From the NCBI RefSeq assembly GCF_039654945.1, contig NW_027361924.1:10664001-10728000 (forward strand): 64,000 nucleotides of DNA, written 5' to 3'. Positions 1-10,578 of the stretch are shown piece by piece. Origin of the DNA: Dendrobates tinctorius. Lineage: Eukaryota. A program made the position numbers and the translations under genes. Within the stretch, counting starts at the first letter, position 1. Each line of letters begins with the position of its first letter. The notes under the pieces were generated by a model. The model ran no database searches, was not told where the DNA came from, and was given only the letters and a program-made list of their open reading frames with translations.

Positions 1-778
1 TAAGCTCAGCTCCGCTACGTGCAGGCTCTGTAAGCTCTGATCCGTTCCGCGCAGGGTTTGTAAGCTCGGCTCCGCTCTGCGCAGGCTCTGTAAGCTCTGC
101 TCCGCGCAGGCTCCGTAAGCTCTGATCCACTCCTCGCAGGCTCTGTAAGCTCCGCGCAGGCTCTGTAAGCTCTGATCCACTCCGCAAAGGCTCTATAAGT
201 TCTGATCCACTCCTCGCAGGCTCTGTAAGCTCTGCGCAGGCTCTGTAAGCTCTGCTCCGCGCAGGCTCCGTAAGCTCTGATCCACTCCTCGCAGGCTCTG
301 TAAGCTCCGCGCAGGCTCTGTAAGTTCTGATCCACTCCTCGCAGGCTCTGTAAACTCCGCGCAAGCTCTGTAAGCTCTGCTCCGCGCAGGCTCCGTAAGC
401 TCTGATCCACTCCTCGCAGGCTCTGTAAGCTCCGCGCAGGCTCTGTAAGCTCTGCTCCGCGCAGGCTCCGTAAGCTCTGATCCACTCCTCGCAGGCTCTG
501 TAAGCTCCGCACAGGCTCTGTAAGCTTTGATCCACTCCGCAAAGGCTCTGCAAGCTCTGCGCAGGCCCTGTAATCTCGGCTCCGCTCTACGCAGGCTCTG
601 TAAGCTCTGCACAGGCTCCGTAAGCTTTGATCCACTCCGCAAAGGCTCTGCAAGCTCTGCGCAGGCCCTGTAATCTCGGCTCCGCTCTACGCAGGCTCTG
701 TAAGCTCTGCGCAGGCCCTGTAATCTCGGCTCCGCTCTACGCAGGCTCTGTAAGCTCTGCACAGGCTCTGTAAGCTCG
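1..778. repeat. ~30-bp minisatellite (taagctcggctccgctctacgcaggctctg and variants), left part
   Basis: Tandem units are directly visible; the same family resumes at 7461. Confidence 0.95.
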
Positions 779-978
779 TGTAGCAATATGTTATATGTTG
801 ATGTGGCCTCTAGGGGTCTCACTACTTTGATGTGTGTAATATAGAGTGTAAGAACTTGTTGGTCAGTTGTTGTTAGCAGACATCTTGTAATGGAGGAATG
901 TATCACAAGTCTCATGTAATAAAAAGCCTGGAGATATCCAAGGAGTGCGATCCTTGACCGGAAATGCATAACAGAACA
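779..978 (+). repeat. Putative 5' LTR of the Gypsy element
   Basis: Begins TG, ends CA, contains AATAAA, and is followed immediately by TGG-initiated PBS-like sequence; no second LTR in the window. Confidence 0.55.
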
Positions 979-1097
979 TGGTGGCATCTGGGCACAGAAC
1001 CTGCAAATCCTCAGAGCTTGTGTGAGGCTGGGACTGTACAGAGGATCACAGAGAATCACAGCACCTGTAAGTACAGACTCCCTGACATTACTGCAAC

Positions 1098-1188
1098 ATG
1101 GAGACTGGTCTGAAGCCCCCTCAGGGACTGGATGTGACTTCATGTAATTTGTCCCAGACTTGGAGACAATGGAAGGAAGAGTTTACAT
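1098..1188 (+). pseudogene. gag: Gypsy gag N-terminus, interrupted by an insertion
   Basis: METGLKPPQGLDVTSCNLSQTWRQWKEEF; joins FTLYVDL at 4580 once the insert is removed. Confidence 0.75.
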
Positions 1189-1373
1189 CATACCTCCCAA
1201 CTTTTGAAGAAGGGAAAGAGGGACAAGGGCTGCGGCGCGCCGCGGCAAATTTTAGGCCACGCCCCAACCACACCCATTTCACAACTAGCCACACCCATGT
1301 CCATGCCCAAAACACACCCATTTAGCACTGCTGATCACACTGACTGGTACTGAGGGCACACTGACTGGTACTG

Positions 1374-1880
1374 AGGAAAAGAAAGAACAGAGAGAGAAAA
1401 AAGAAAACGGAGAGAGAGAGGAAAGAAATAAAGAACAGAGAGAAAGAAAGAGGGGAATGAAAGAAAGAACAGAGAGAGAGATGGGAAAGAAAGATGGTAC
1501 AGAAAGAACAGAGAGAGAGAAAGAAAAAGAGAACAGAGAGAGAGAAAGAACAGAGATAAAGAAAGAACAGAAAGAGAAAGATAGGAAAGAACAGAGAGAA
1601 AGGAAGAACAGAGAGTGAAAGATTAGAGAGAAAAAGAAAGGGGAAAGAAAGAACAGAGAAAGAACATAGCAAAAGAAAGAACAGAGAGAGAGATAAAGGA
1701 AGAGGGGAAAGAAAGAACAGAGAAAAATAAAGAGAGGAAAGATTAAAGAGAAAAAGAAGGAGGAGAAAGAAAGAACAAAGCGAGAGAAAGGAAGAGGGGA
1801 AAGAAAGAGCAGAGAGAAAGAAAGATACAGATGAAAGAAAGATTAGAGAGAAAGAAAGAAACAGAGTGAGAAAGAAAGAT
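1374..1880. repeat. GA-rich low-complexity tract
   Basis: Degenerate (gaaagaacagagagag)-like units. Confidence 0.9.
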
Positions 1881-2252
1881 TCTATAAAGATACTATAGCA
1901 GCCCGGCTCCCATTGTAATGCCCCCCTGAGCCTCCCGGTGCAGGACATATCACGATCCGCTCACATGGCCGGCATCCCTGAGTCCAAGGTGATCCTGCTG
2001 TCCACACTATCGGAGGAGGACATGGTGATGGATCTGAAGCATTCCCTGAAGTGCCTCCATGGTCCCGTCACAATCTCCTCCCGAAATTACCTCATTTCCG
2101 GTCAGTTTCTAGCACATCGCTTCCGGTGAAATGTCCCGTTTGAATTTTAAAGTTCTCTTTGGGGCTCCGCCGTGTACTCCTGTGTCCGCTGGAAAAGTAA
2201 GCTCCCGGCCGGGGCAGACTATCAAAATCAGGACTGTCCCGCTGGATCCGGG

Positions 2253-4170
2253 ACACCTCATACACACACGGTTCCGCTGCATACACCTCGCACACACACG
2301 GCTCCACTCAGTTAACCTCATACACACGCGGCTCTGCTCCGTACACCTCGTACAGACGTGGCTCTGCTCCGTACACCCCGTACACATATGGCTCTGCTCC
2401 GTACACCTTGTACACACGCGGCTCTGCTCCGTACACCTCGTACAGACGTGGCTCTGCTCCGTACACCTCATACTCGTGCGACTCTGCTCCGTACACCCCG
2501 TACACGTGCAACTCTGATCCGTACACCTCATACACATGTGGCTCTGCTCCTCACACCTCATAAATGTGCAAACCTTCTATAGCATACACGTGCAACTCTG
2601 CTCTGTACACCTCGTACATGTGCGGCTCTGCTCCGCACACCTCATACATGTGCAAACCCCGTACACATGTGGTTCTGCTCCGTCCACCTCGTACACGTGC
2701 AACTCTGCTCCATACACCTCGTACATGTGCAACTCTGCTCTGTACACCTCGTACACGTGCGACTATGCTCCGTACACCTCGTACACACGGCTCCGCTCAG
2801 TACACCTCGTACACGTGCGACTCTGCTCCATACACCTTGTACACACACGGTTCTGCTCCGTACACCTCGTACACGTGCGACTCTGCTCCGTACACCTCGT
2901 ACACGTGCGACTCTGCTCCGTACACCTCGTACACGTGCGACTCTGCTCCGTACACCTCGTACACGTGCGACTCCGCTCCGTACACCTCGTACACGTGCGG
3001 CTCCGCTCCGTACACCTCGTACACGTGCGACTCTGCTCCGTACACCTCGCACACGTGCGACTCTGCTCCGTACACCTCGCACACGTGCGACTCTGCTCCG
3101 TACACCTCGCACATGTGCGACTCTGCTCCGTACACCTCGCACACGTGCGACTCTGCTCCGTACACCTCGCACACGTGCGACTCTGCTCCGTACACCTCGT
3201 ACACGTGCGGCTCTGCTCCGTACACCTCGTACACGTGCGGCTCTGCTCCGTACACCTCGTACACGTGCGACTCTGCTCCGTACACCTCGCACACGTGCGA
3301 CTCTGCTCCGTACACCTCGTACACGTGCGACTCTGCTCCGTACACCTCTGCTCCGTACACCTCGTACACGTGCGGCTCTGCTCCGTACACCTCGTACACG
3401 TGCGACTCTGCTCCGTACACCTCGTACACGTGCGGCTCTGCTCCGTACACCTCGTACACGTGCGACTCTGCTCCGTACACCTCGTACACACATGGCTCCT
3501 CTCTGTACACCTCGTACACACACGGCTCCTCTCCGTACACCTCGTACACGTGCGACTCTGCTCCGTACACCTCGTACACACATGGCTCCTCTCCGTACAC
3601 CTCGTACACACACGGCTCCTCTCCGTACACCTCGTACACGTGCGGCTCTGCTCCGTACACCTCGTACACGTGCGGCTCTGCTCCGTACACCTCGTACACG
3701 TGCGACTCTGCTCCGTACACCTCGTACACGTGCGACTCTGCTCCGTACACCTCTGCTCCGTACACCTCGTACACGTGCGGCTCTGCTCCGTACACCTCGT
3801 ACACGTGCGACTCTGCTCCGTACACCTCGTACACGTGTGGCTCTGCTCCGTACACCTCGTACACGTGCGACTCTGCTCCGTACACCTCGTACACACATGG
3901 CTCCTCTCCGTACACCTCGTACACACGCGGCTCCTCTCCGTACACCTCGTACACACGCGGCTCCGCTCCGTACACCTCGTACACACGTGGTTCCGCTCCG
4001 TACACGTGCGACTCTGCTCCGTACACCTCGTACACGTGCGGCTCCGCTCCGTATACCTCGTACACATGGCTCTGCTCCGTACACCTCGTACACACACGAC
4101 TCTGCTCCGTACACCTCGTACACATGCGACTCTGCTCCGTACACCTCGTACACGCGCAGCTCTGCTACAT
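2253..4170. repeat. 30-bp CpG-rich minisatellite (ctctgctccgtacacctcgtacacgtgcga)
   Basis: Tandem units are directly visible. Confidence 0.95.
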
Positions 4171-4272
4171 CCACCCTGTAAACCCCTCCTGACCCCACAC
4201 ATAAACTTCATCTCATCCAGCACCATGACAACCAGCACAGCAGAGTCCTGCAGGCACTCAGGGGTCAGGGCT

Positions 4273-4403
4273 GTGCGCACAGGACCTGTGATGAGGTCAC
4301 GGGAGGGGAGGAGTCAGGGGTCACATGATCAGGGGGACGCCCCTGATCATGTGACCCCCTGACTCCTCCCCTCCTGTGACCTCATCACAGGTCCTGTGCG
4401 CAC
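4273..4403. repeat. Near-perfect inverted repeat / hairpin (MITE-like)
   Basis: gtgcgcacaggacctgtgatgaggtcac...atcagggg mirrored by cccctgatcat...gtgacctcatcacaggtcctgtgcgcac; arms of about 60 bp. Confidence 0.85.
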
Positions 4404-4579
4404 TGAAGAACCCAGCGATCGGCGCTTGGATTCATCACTGTGGGGCTGCAGTGGCCGGTGGGTCTGTCTGGGGGGGAGCGGCTCAGTGAAATGCGGGAAA
4501 AATAAGCTACCGCCCAGGACAGCGGGACATGCAATCAAAACCGGGACTGTCCCGCCAAATCCGGGACACGGGAGCTTTG

Positions 4580-5840
4580 TTTACACTGTATGTGGATCTC
4601 ACAGTGGCCCCCACTGATGACAAACGAAAAGTGAAGCTGTTTTATTACCTTATTGGGGAAAATGGCAGAGAATTAGCCCACACCTTACTCCCACACACAG
4701 ACAGCCTCCTTCTAGCAGTTATTGTGCAGGCATTTGATAAACACTGTGACCCAAAGAAGAACGAGACAGTGGAAAGATACAACTTTTTCACAAGACAACA
4801 GGAGGATGGTGAAAATGTGGACAGATATCTGACAGAGCTGAGGAGGCTGGCAGCAACAACATGTGGCTTTGGAGAGATCAGGGACAGTCTAATCAAAGAC
4901 AGAATGGTGTGTGGCATAAGAGACAGTCATCTCAGAGAAAGATTACTGAGAGAGGAAGACATGACTTTAGAGAAATGCATGCAAATCTGCAGGGCTGCTG
5001 AACTGACAAAACACAGCCTAAAGATGATGGCAGGCACCAGTGATAATGATGATGATAAGGTACATGCAATATCTATGAAAGGAAAGACAAGACCAAGCTC
5101 CCCTATAAGCACTGTCCACTGCAAGTATTGTGGGAAAAGACATGAGAGAGGCAAAACCAAGTGTTCAGCATATGGGGAAACCTGCAGATCATGTGGCAAG
5201 AAGAATCATTTCTCAGCTGTCTGCAGGCAAGGAACAGGCAAACAGTACAGACAGCTCCACACTGTGACACCAGGCACTGAGAGTACAGAGGGCATTACAT
5301 GGCTACAACTGCAGCCTGCAGCAGAGAAAGTCAGTGTAGTCAGGCAGTCAGTAGGCAAGGATGCCAAGCAGCTTTATGCAACATTCTGGTTGGATGAGAA
5401 GCCCATTAGATTGTGGAGCAAGCTGCAATGTAATGCCATCTGCTCTGCGGAACAAACAGGTTTCTATGGAGCCAACTGACAAGGTCCTGGTGATGTACAA
5501 CAAAAGTGTTCTGAGACCGATGGGGACATGTAAGCTCAGGATACAGAACCCATGTAACAGAGAGTTATAGAGTTGAATGTACCGTGTTGCGTGGTGGTAA
5601 CCATGTGCCATTATTGGGAGTAAAAGCTGTTCAGGCAATGGACTTAATAAAAGTACAGTCTCAGAATATTATGTCTGACGTTTCCCAGGGTATAACAAAT
5701 CCCAAAGTAAACGCAGAGCACAGCAGAAAATAAAAACGAAGTATGCTGATTTATGTGAAGGTGATGGGTGCTTTGAAGGTAAATATAGGCTAGAAATTGA
5801 CAACACCGTGCAGCCTACCAGATTACCTACAAGGAGAGGT
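4580..5840 (+). pseudogene. Gypsy gag C-terminus (zinc knuckles), aspartic protease and start of RT, frameshifted
   Basis: CKYCGKRH...C and CRSCGKKNHFSAVC; LDCGASCNVMP in another frame; stops and frameshifts present. Confidence 0.85.
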
Positions 5841-5944
5841 AATCAATGCATATTCTTACCTTGCCCGATGGTTTCTGCACTATGACCAACCTGCTGATCC
5901 AATCTGTGCTCTTCTGGACTGGTGCTATCAGGCCTCTTCTCTGT

Positions 5945-6335
5945 AAAGGCCCCGTCACACTAAGCGACTTACCAGCGATCCCGACACCGATATCAAGGTG
6001 TCAGGATCGCTAGTAAGTCGCTATGTGATCGCTGGTGAGCTGTCACACAGACAGCTTCACCAGCGATCAGTACAGCGAGGCCGAGCGCCCAGCATCGCTG
6101 GCCATCCCTGTAAAAAATAGAATCAAAATAAAAAATATAGTTATTCTCACCTTCCGACGTCCCGAGCAGCCATCCTGCCTCTCTCCACGCTCCGGTCCCA
6201 GTGATCCTTTGCACGAATGACCGCGAGACTTTGTTATCCCTCGAGACCGTGACATCTCGCGGTCATTCTCACAAAGGATCACTGGGACCGGAGCGTGGAG
6301 AGAGGCCGGAAGACTGCGCGGGACATCGGAAGGGA
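5945..6335. mobile_element. Partial MITE with internal palindrome inserted in Gypsy pol
   Basis: Left end (taa)AGGCCCCGTCACAC; inverted arms at ~6150-6230 and ~6254-6333. Confidence 0.6.
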
Positions 6336-6594
6336 ATTAAACAGTTAAAACTTCTCATGTCGTACTAAATTGAACTTTGTCAAGCAGCGCACATTAAGTC
6401 CGAGAAAATACTTTATCCATAAGGATTCACATTGGCGGTCACGGAGTGGACCTTCGGGCGTGCAGCAGGCTGACAGTTGGTTCTTATGCCCTTTTCTCTC
6501 CTGGAATAGGTGAGTGGATTTTCTATATTTAATTTGAATCACCACCCGGATAAGACCCTATTGCGCTCTCTTTTTTCCTTTAGCCCCCCTTCTG

Positions 6595-7460
6595 TATATG
6601 GAGTGAAGACAATAGCAGATGATATACTAATAGTGGGAGAAGGTGAAGATATGGAATCTGCAATCAAGGATCACGATCAGAAGATGATACAATTTTTGGA
6701 CAGATTAATATTATTATTATTATACATTTACATAGCGCCATTTATTCCATGGCGCTTTACATATGAAAAGGGGAAATATAGACAAGTATAATAAACATGT
6801 GTAAGACAAGGGACACACAAGTACAGGAGGAGAGGGGACCCTGCCCGCGAGGGCTCACAGTCTACAGGGATGGGTGAGGATACAGTAGGAGAGGGTAGAG
6901 CAGGTCGTGCGGTGGTTCAGTAGACTGAGGATCATTGTAGGTTGTAGGCTTGTCGGAACAGGTGGATCTTCAGGTTCTTCTTGAAGGTTTCCGTTGTTGG
7001 TGAGAGTCTGATGTGTTGCGGCAGAGAGTTCCAGAGTATGGGGGAAGCACGGGAGAAGTCTTGTATGCGGTTGTGGGAAGAAGAGATAAGGGGGGAGTAG
7101 AAAAAGAGATCTTGGGATGATCGAAGGTTGCGTGTGGGTAGGTACCTGGAGACCATGTCACAGATGTATGGAGGAGACAGGTTGTGCAGAGCAAGACAGA
7201 GATGCAGAGCAAAACACATAAAGCTGAACTTGGACAAATTCAAACTGACAATGACAGAAGTGGCCGATATTGGACATCGTCTGACTTCAAACGGTGTAAA
7301 AGTGGATTCTGAAAAGGTGAGAGCAATACAAGAGTTGCCTACCCCTACTGCTGTTTATGGAGTACAACGATTTTTGGGCATGGTAAATTATCCCTCCAAA
7401 TTTTGCAGTCATCTGTCAGACATGTGTGAGCCACTGAGACAGCTAACCCACAAAGATGGG
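6595..7460 (+). pseudogene. Gypsy RT fragments, split by an L2 fragment
   Basis: GVKTIADDILIVG..HDQKMIQFLDR (6600-6704) continues as CRAKHIKLNLDKF..IGHRLTSNGVKVDSEKVRAI..VQRFLGMVNY (7200-7460). Confidence 0.85.
6705..7192 (-). mobile_element. 5'-truncated L2 (CR1 group) LINE 3' end
   Basis: Minus-strand ORF end ALHNLSPPYI..SHNRIQDFSRASPILWNSLP..FKKNLKIHLFRQAY is homologous to the L2 C-terminus at 14150-14400; (TAA)n tail at 6705-6722. Confidence 0.85.
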
Positions 7461-7990
7461 TAAGCTCGGCTCCGCTCTACGCAGGCTGTGTAAGCTCGGC
7501 TCCGCTCTACGCAGGCTCTGTAAGCTCGGCTCCGCTCTACGCAGGCTCTGTAAGCTCGGCTCCGCTCTACGCAGGCTGTGTAAGCTCGGCTCCGCTCTAC
7601 GCAGGCTCTGTAAGCTCGGCTCCGCTCTACGCAGGCTCTGTAAGCTCGGCTCCACTCCACGCTGGCTCTGTAAGCTCGGCTCCGCTCTACACAGGCTCTG
7701 TAAGCTCGGCTCCGCTCTATGCAGGCTCTGTAAGCTCGGCTCCGCTCTATGCAGGCTCTGTAAGCTCGGCTCCGCTCTACGCAGGCTCTGTAAGCTCGGC
7801 TCCACTCCACGCTGGCTCTGTAAGCTCGGCTCCGCTCTACACAGGCTCTGTAAGCTCGGCTCCGCTCTATGCAGGCTCTGTAAGCTCGGCTCCGCTCTAT
7901 GCAGGCTCTGTAAGCTTGGCTCCGCTCCGCGCAGGCTCTGTAAGCTCGGCTCCGCTCTACGCAGGCTCTGTAAGCTCCGCTGCATGCAGG
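7461..7990. repeat. 30-bp minisatellite, right part of the array at 1-778
   Basis: Same unit taagctcggctccgctctacgcaggctctg. Confidence 0.95.
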
Positions 7991-8777
7991 CTCTGGCTCT
8001 CTCCTTCCCTGAGTATTGGAAGAAAATAAGATTACAACACAAGCGCTCAGCCATGTCTCCTCCTCACTGTCTGCAGCAGGAGCCTCCCCCCTCTGCACTT
8101 TCAACAATAGAAGAAAGCCCCGCCCCTATAGCCAAACCACAACAAGGAAAGGGAGCTCCTATAATGTGAGGGATGACATTTCCCAGAATGCAAGCAAACA
8201 TAGAACGATAAAGGAATACTGAGAGATTGCAGCTCTGAAGCCTACAGAATTATGATTGCAGCTCTGAAGCTTGTAGAAAGAAATGGAGATCCACTAGAAT
8301 CAGAGGAGATCTGTGCTCATTACTTGTTATTGGAGTAAGAACCTGATGTGGTGTGGGGACTTCCCTGTGTCCCTCATAATACAGCTAGATATGGAGAGCC
8401 CCTTTAAATCAGTGGCCTCATAAGACTTGTCCTCTATGTGACTGTTCACACGGCTCAGGAAATCTGGCGTAATGTCAGAAATGCTGAATCACTGTAAGGA
8501 AACCGAAACTGCTCGGAATAAAGCAAGTGATGGCGAGACGCTCTGCATCTGCCACAGACCGGAAGATGAGGAGGAGCGCCCCGTCTTCTGCGCTGTATAG
8601 CTAATAATTCTAGAAACACCGAAAACCAGAGATTTATCACAGAATTCATCACTGTTTCTTTAACGTTTCCCTGTCACATCAGTATGGAGACAACAAATAG
8701 GACATCATTGTACGAATATGATGAAGGAACACGCCATCAAAGGGGTTGTTTGCCAGTTGACAGTTTATTTGTTCAGA

Positions 8778-10578
8778 ACTGATCCTGAGTTACATCCTGT
8801 ATTATACCCCAGAGCTGCACTCACTATTCTGCTGGTGCAGTCACTGTGTACATACATTACATTACTGATCCTGAGTTACATCCTGTATTATACCCCAGAG
8901 CTGCACTCACTATTCTGCTGGTGCAGTCACTGTGTACATACATTACATTACTGATCCTGAGTTACATCCTGTATTATACCCCAGAGCTGCACTCACTATT
9001 CTGCTGGTGCAGTCACTGTGTACATACATTACATTACTGATCCTGAGTTACATCCTGTATTACACCCCAGAGCTGCACTCACTATTCTGCTGGTGCAGTC
9101 ACTGTGTACATACATTACATTACTGATCCTGAGTTACCTCCTGTATTATACCCCAGAGCTGCACTCACTATTCTGCTGGTGCAGTCACTGTGTACATACA
9201 TTACATTACTGATCCTGAGTTACCTCCTGTATTATACTCCAGAGCTGCACTCACTGTTCTGCTGGTGCAGTCACTGTGTACATACATTACATTACTGATC
9301 CTGAGTTACCTCCTGTATTATTCTCCAGAGCTGCACTCACTATTCTGCTGGTGCAGTCACTGTGTACATACATTACATTACTGATCCTGAGTTACATCCT
9401 GTATTATACTCCTGAGCTGCACTCACTATTCTGCTGGTGCAGTCACTGTGTACTTACATTACATTACTGATCCTGAGTTACATACTGTATTATACTCCAG
9501 AGCTGCACTCACTGTTCTGCTGGTGCAGTCACTGTGTACATACATTACATTACTGATCCTGAGTTACATCCTGTATTATACTCCTGAGCTGCACTCACTA
9601 TTCTGCTGGTGCAGTCACTGTGTACTTACATTACATTACTGATCCTTAGTTACATCCTGTATTATACTCTAGAGCTGCACTCACTATTCTGCTGGTGCAG
9701 TCACTGTGTACATACATTACATTACTGATCCTGAGTTACATTCTGTATTATACTCCAGAGCTGCACTCACTATTCTGCTGGTGCAGTCACTGTGTACATA
9801 CATTACATTACTGATCCGGAGTTACCTCCTGTATTATACTCCAGAGCTGCACTCACTATTCTGCTGCTGCAGTCACTGTGTACATACATTACATTACTGA
9901 TCCTGAGGTACATCCTGTATTATACTCCAGAGCTGCGCTCACTATTCTGCTGGTGCAGTCACTGTGTACATACATTACATTACTGATTCTGAGTTACATC
10001 CTGTATTATACCCCAGAGCTGCACTCACTATTCTGCTTTTGCAGTCACTGTGTAAATACATTACATTACTGATCCTGAGTTACCACCTGTATTATACCCC
10101 AGAGCTGCACTCACTATTCTGCTGGTGCAGTCACTGTGTACATACATTACATTACTGATCCTGAGTTACCTCCTGTATTATACTCCAGAGCTGCATTCAC
10201 TATTCTGCTGGTGCAGTCATTGTGTACATACATTACATTACTGATCCTGAGTTACCTCCTGTATTATACTCCAGAGCTGCACTCACTATTCTGCTGGTGC
10301 AGTCATTGTGTACATACATTACATTACTGATCCCGAGTTACATCCTGTATTATACTCCAGAGCTGCACTCACTATTCTGCTGCTGCAGTCACTGTGTACA
10401 TACATTACATTACTGATCCTGAGTTACATCCTGTATTATACCCCAGAGCTGCACTCACTATTCTGCTGCTGCAGTCACTGTGTACATACATTACATTACT
10501 GATCCTGAGTTACATCCTGTATTATACCCCAGAGCTCCACTCACTATTCTGCTGGTGCAGTCACTGTGTACATACATT
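8778..10578. repeat. 86-bp satellite, left part
   Basis: actgatcctgagttacatcctgtattatactccagagctgcactcactattctgctggtgcagtcactgtgtacatacattacatt units; the 86-nt period is visible in the ORF track. Confidence 0.97.

Larger units (their letters stand above)
1189..4579. mobile_element. Non-autonomous hAT-like DNA transposon, composite, inflated by internal repeats
   Basis: Left end CATACCTCCCAAC, degenerate right end GGGAGCTTTG; flanked by TTTACA-T / TTTACACT (8-bp TSD-like); splits gag. Confidence 0.65.
779..7460 (+). mobile_element. Fragmented, 3'-truncated Gypsy/Ty3 LTR retrotransposon with nested insertions
   Basis: Candidate 5' LTR 779-978 (TG...CA, AATAAA near 918) followed by a PBS-like TGGTGGCA at 979. 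Gag starts at 1098 (KPPQGL..WRQWKEEF) and resumes at 4580. CCHC knuckles, protease LDCGAS, RT IADD and later RT sequence (VQRFLGMVNY) follow. Confidence 0.85.

Noticed and set aside
1322-1948. 208-aa hydrophobic F/L/S membrane-like ORF
   Set aside because: Reverse translation of the GA-rich low-complexity tract
2109-4362. ORFs of 440-600 aa in all six frames
   Set aside because: Artefact of a 30-bp tandem repeat lacking stop codons
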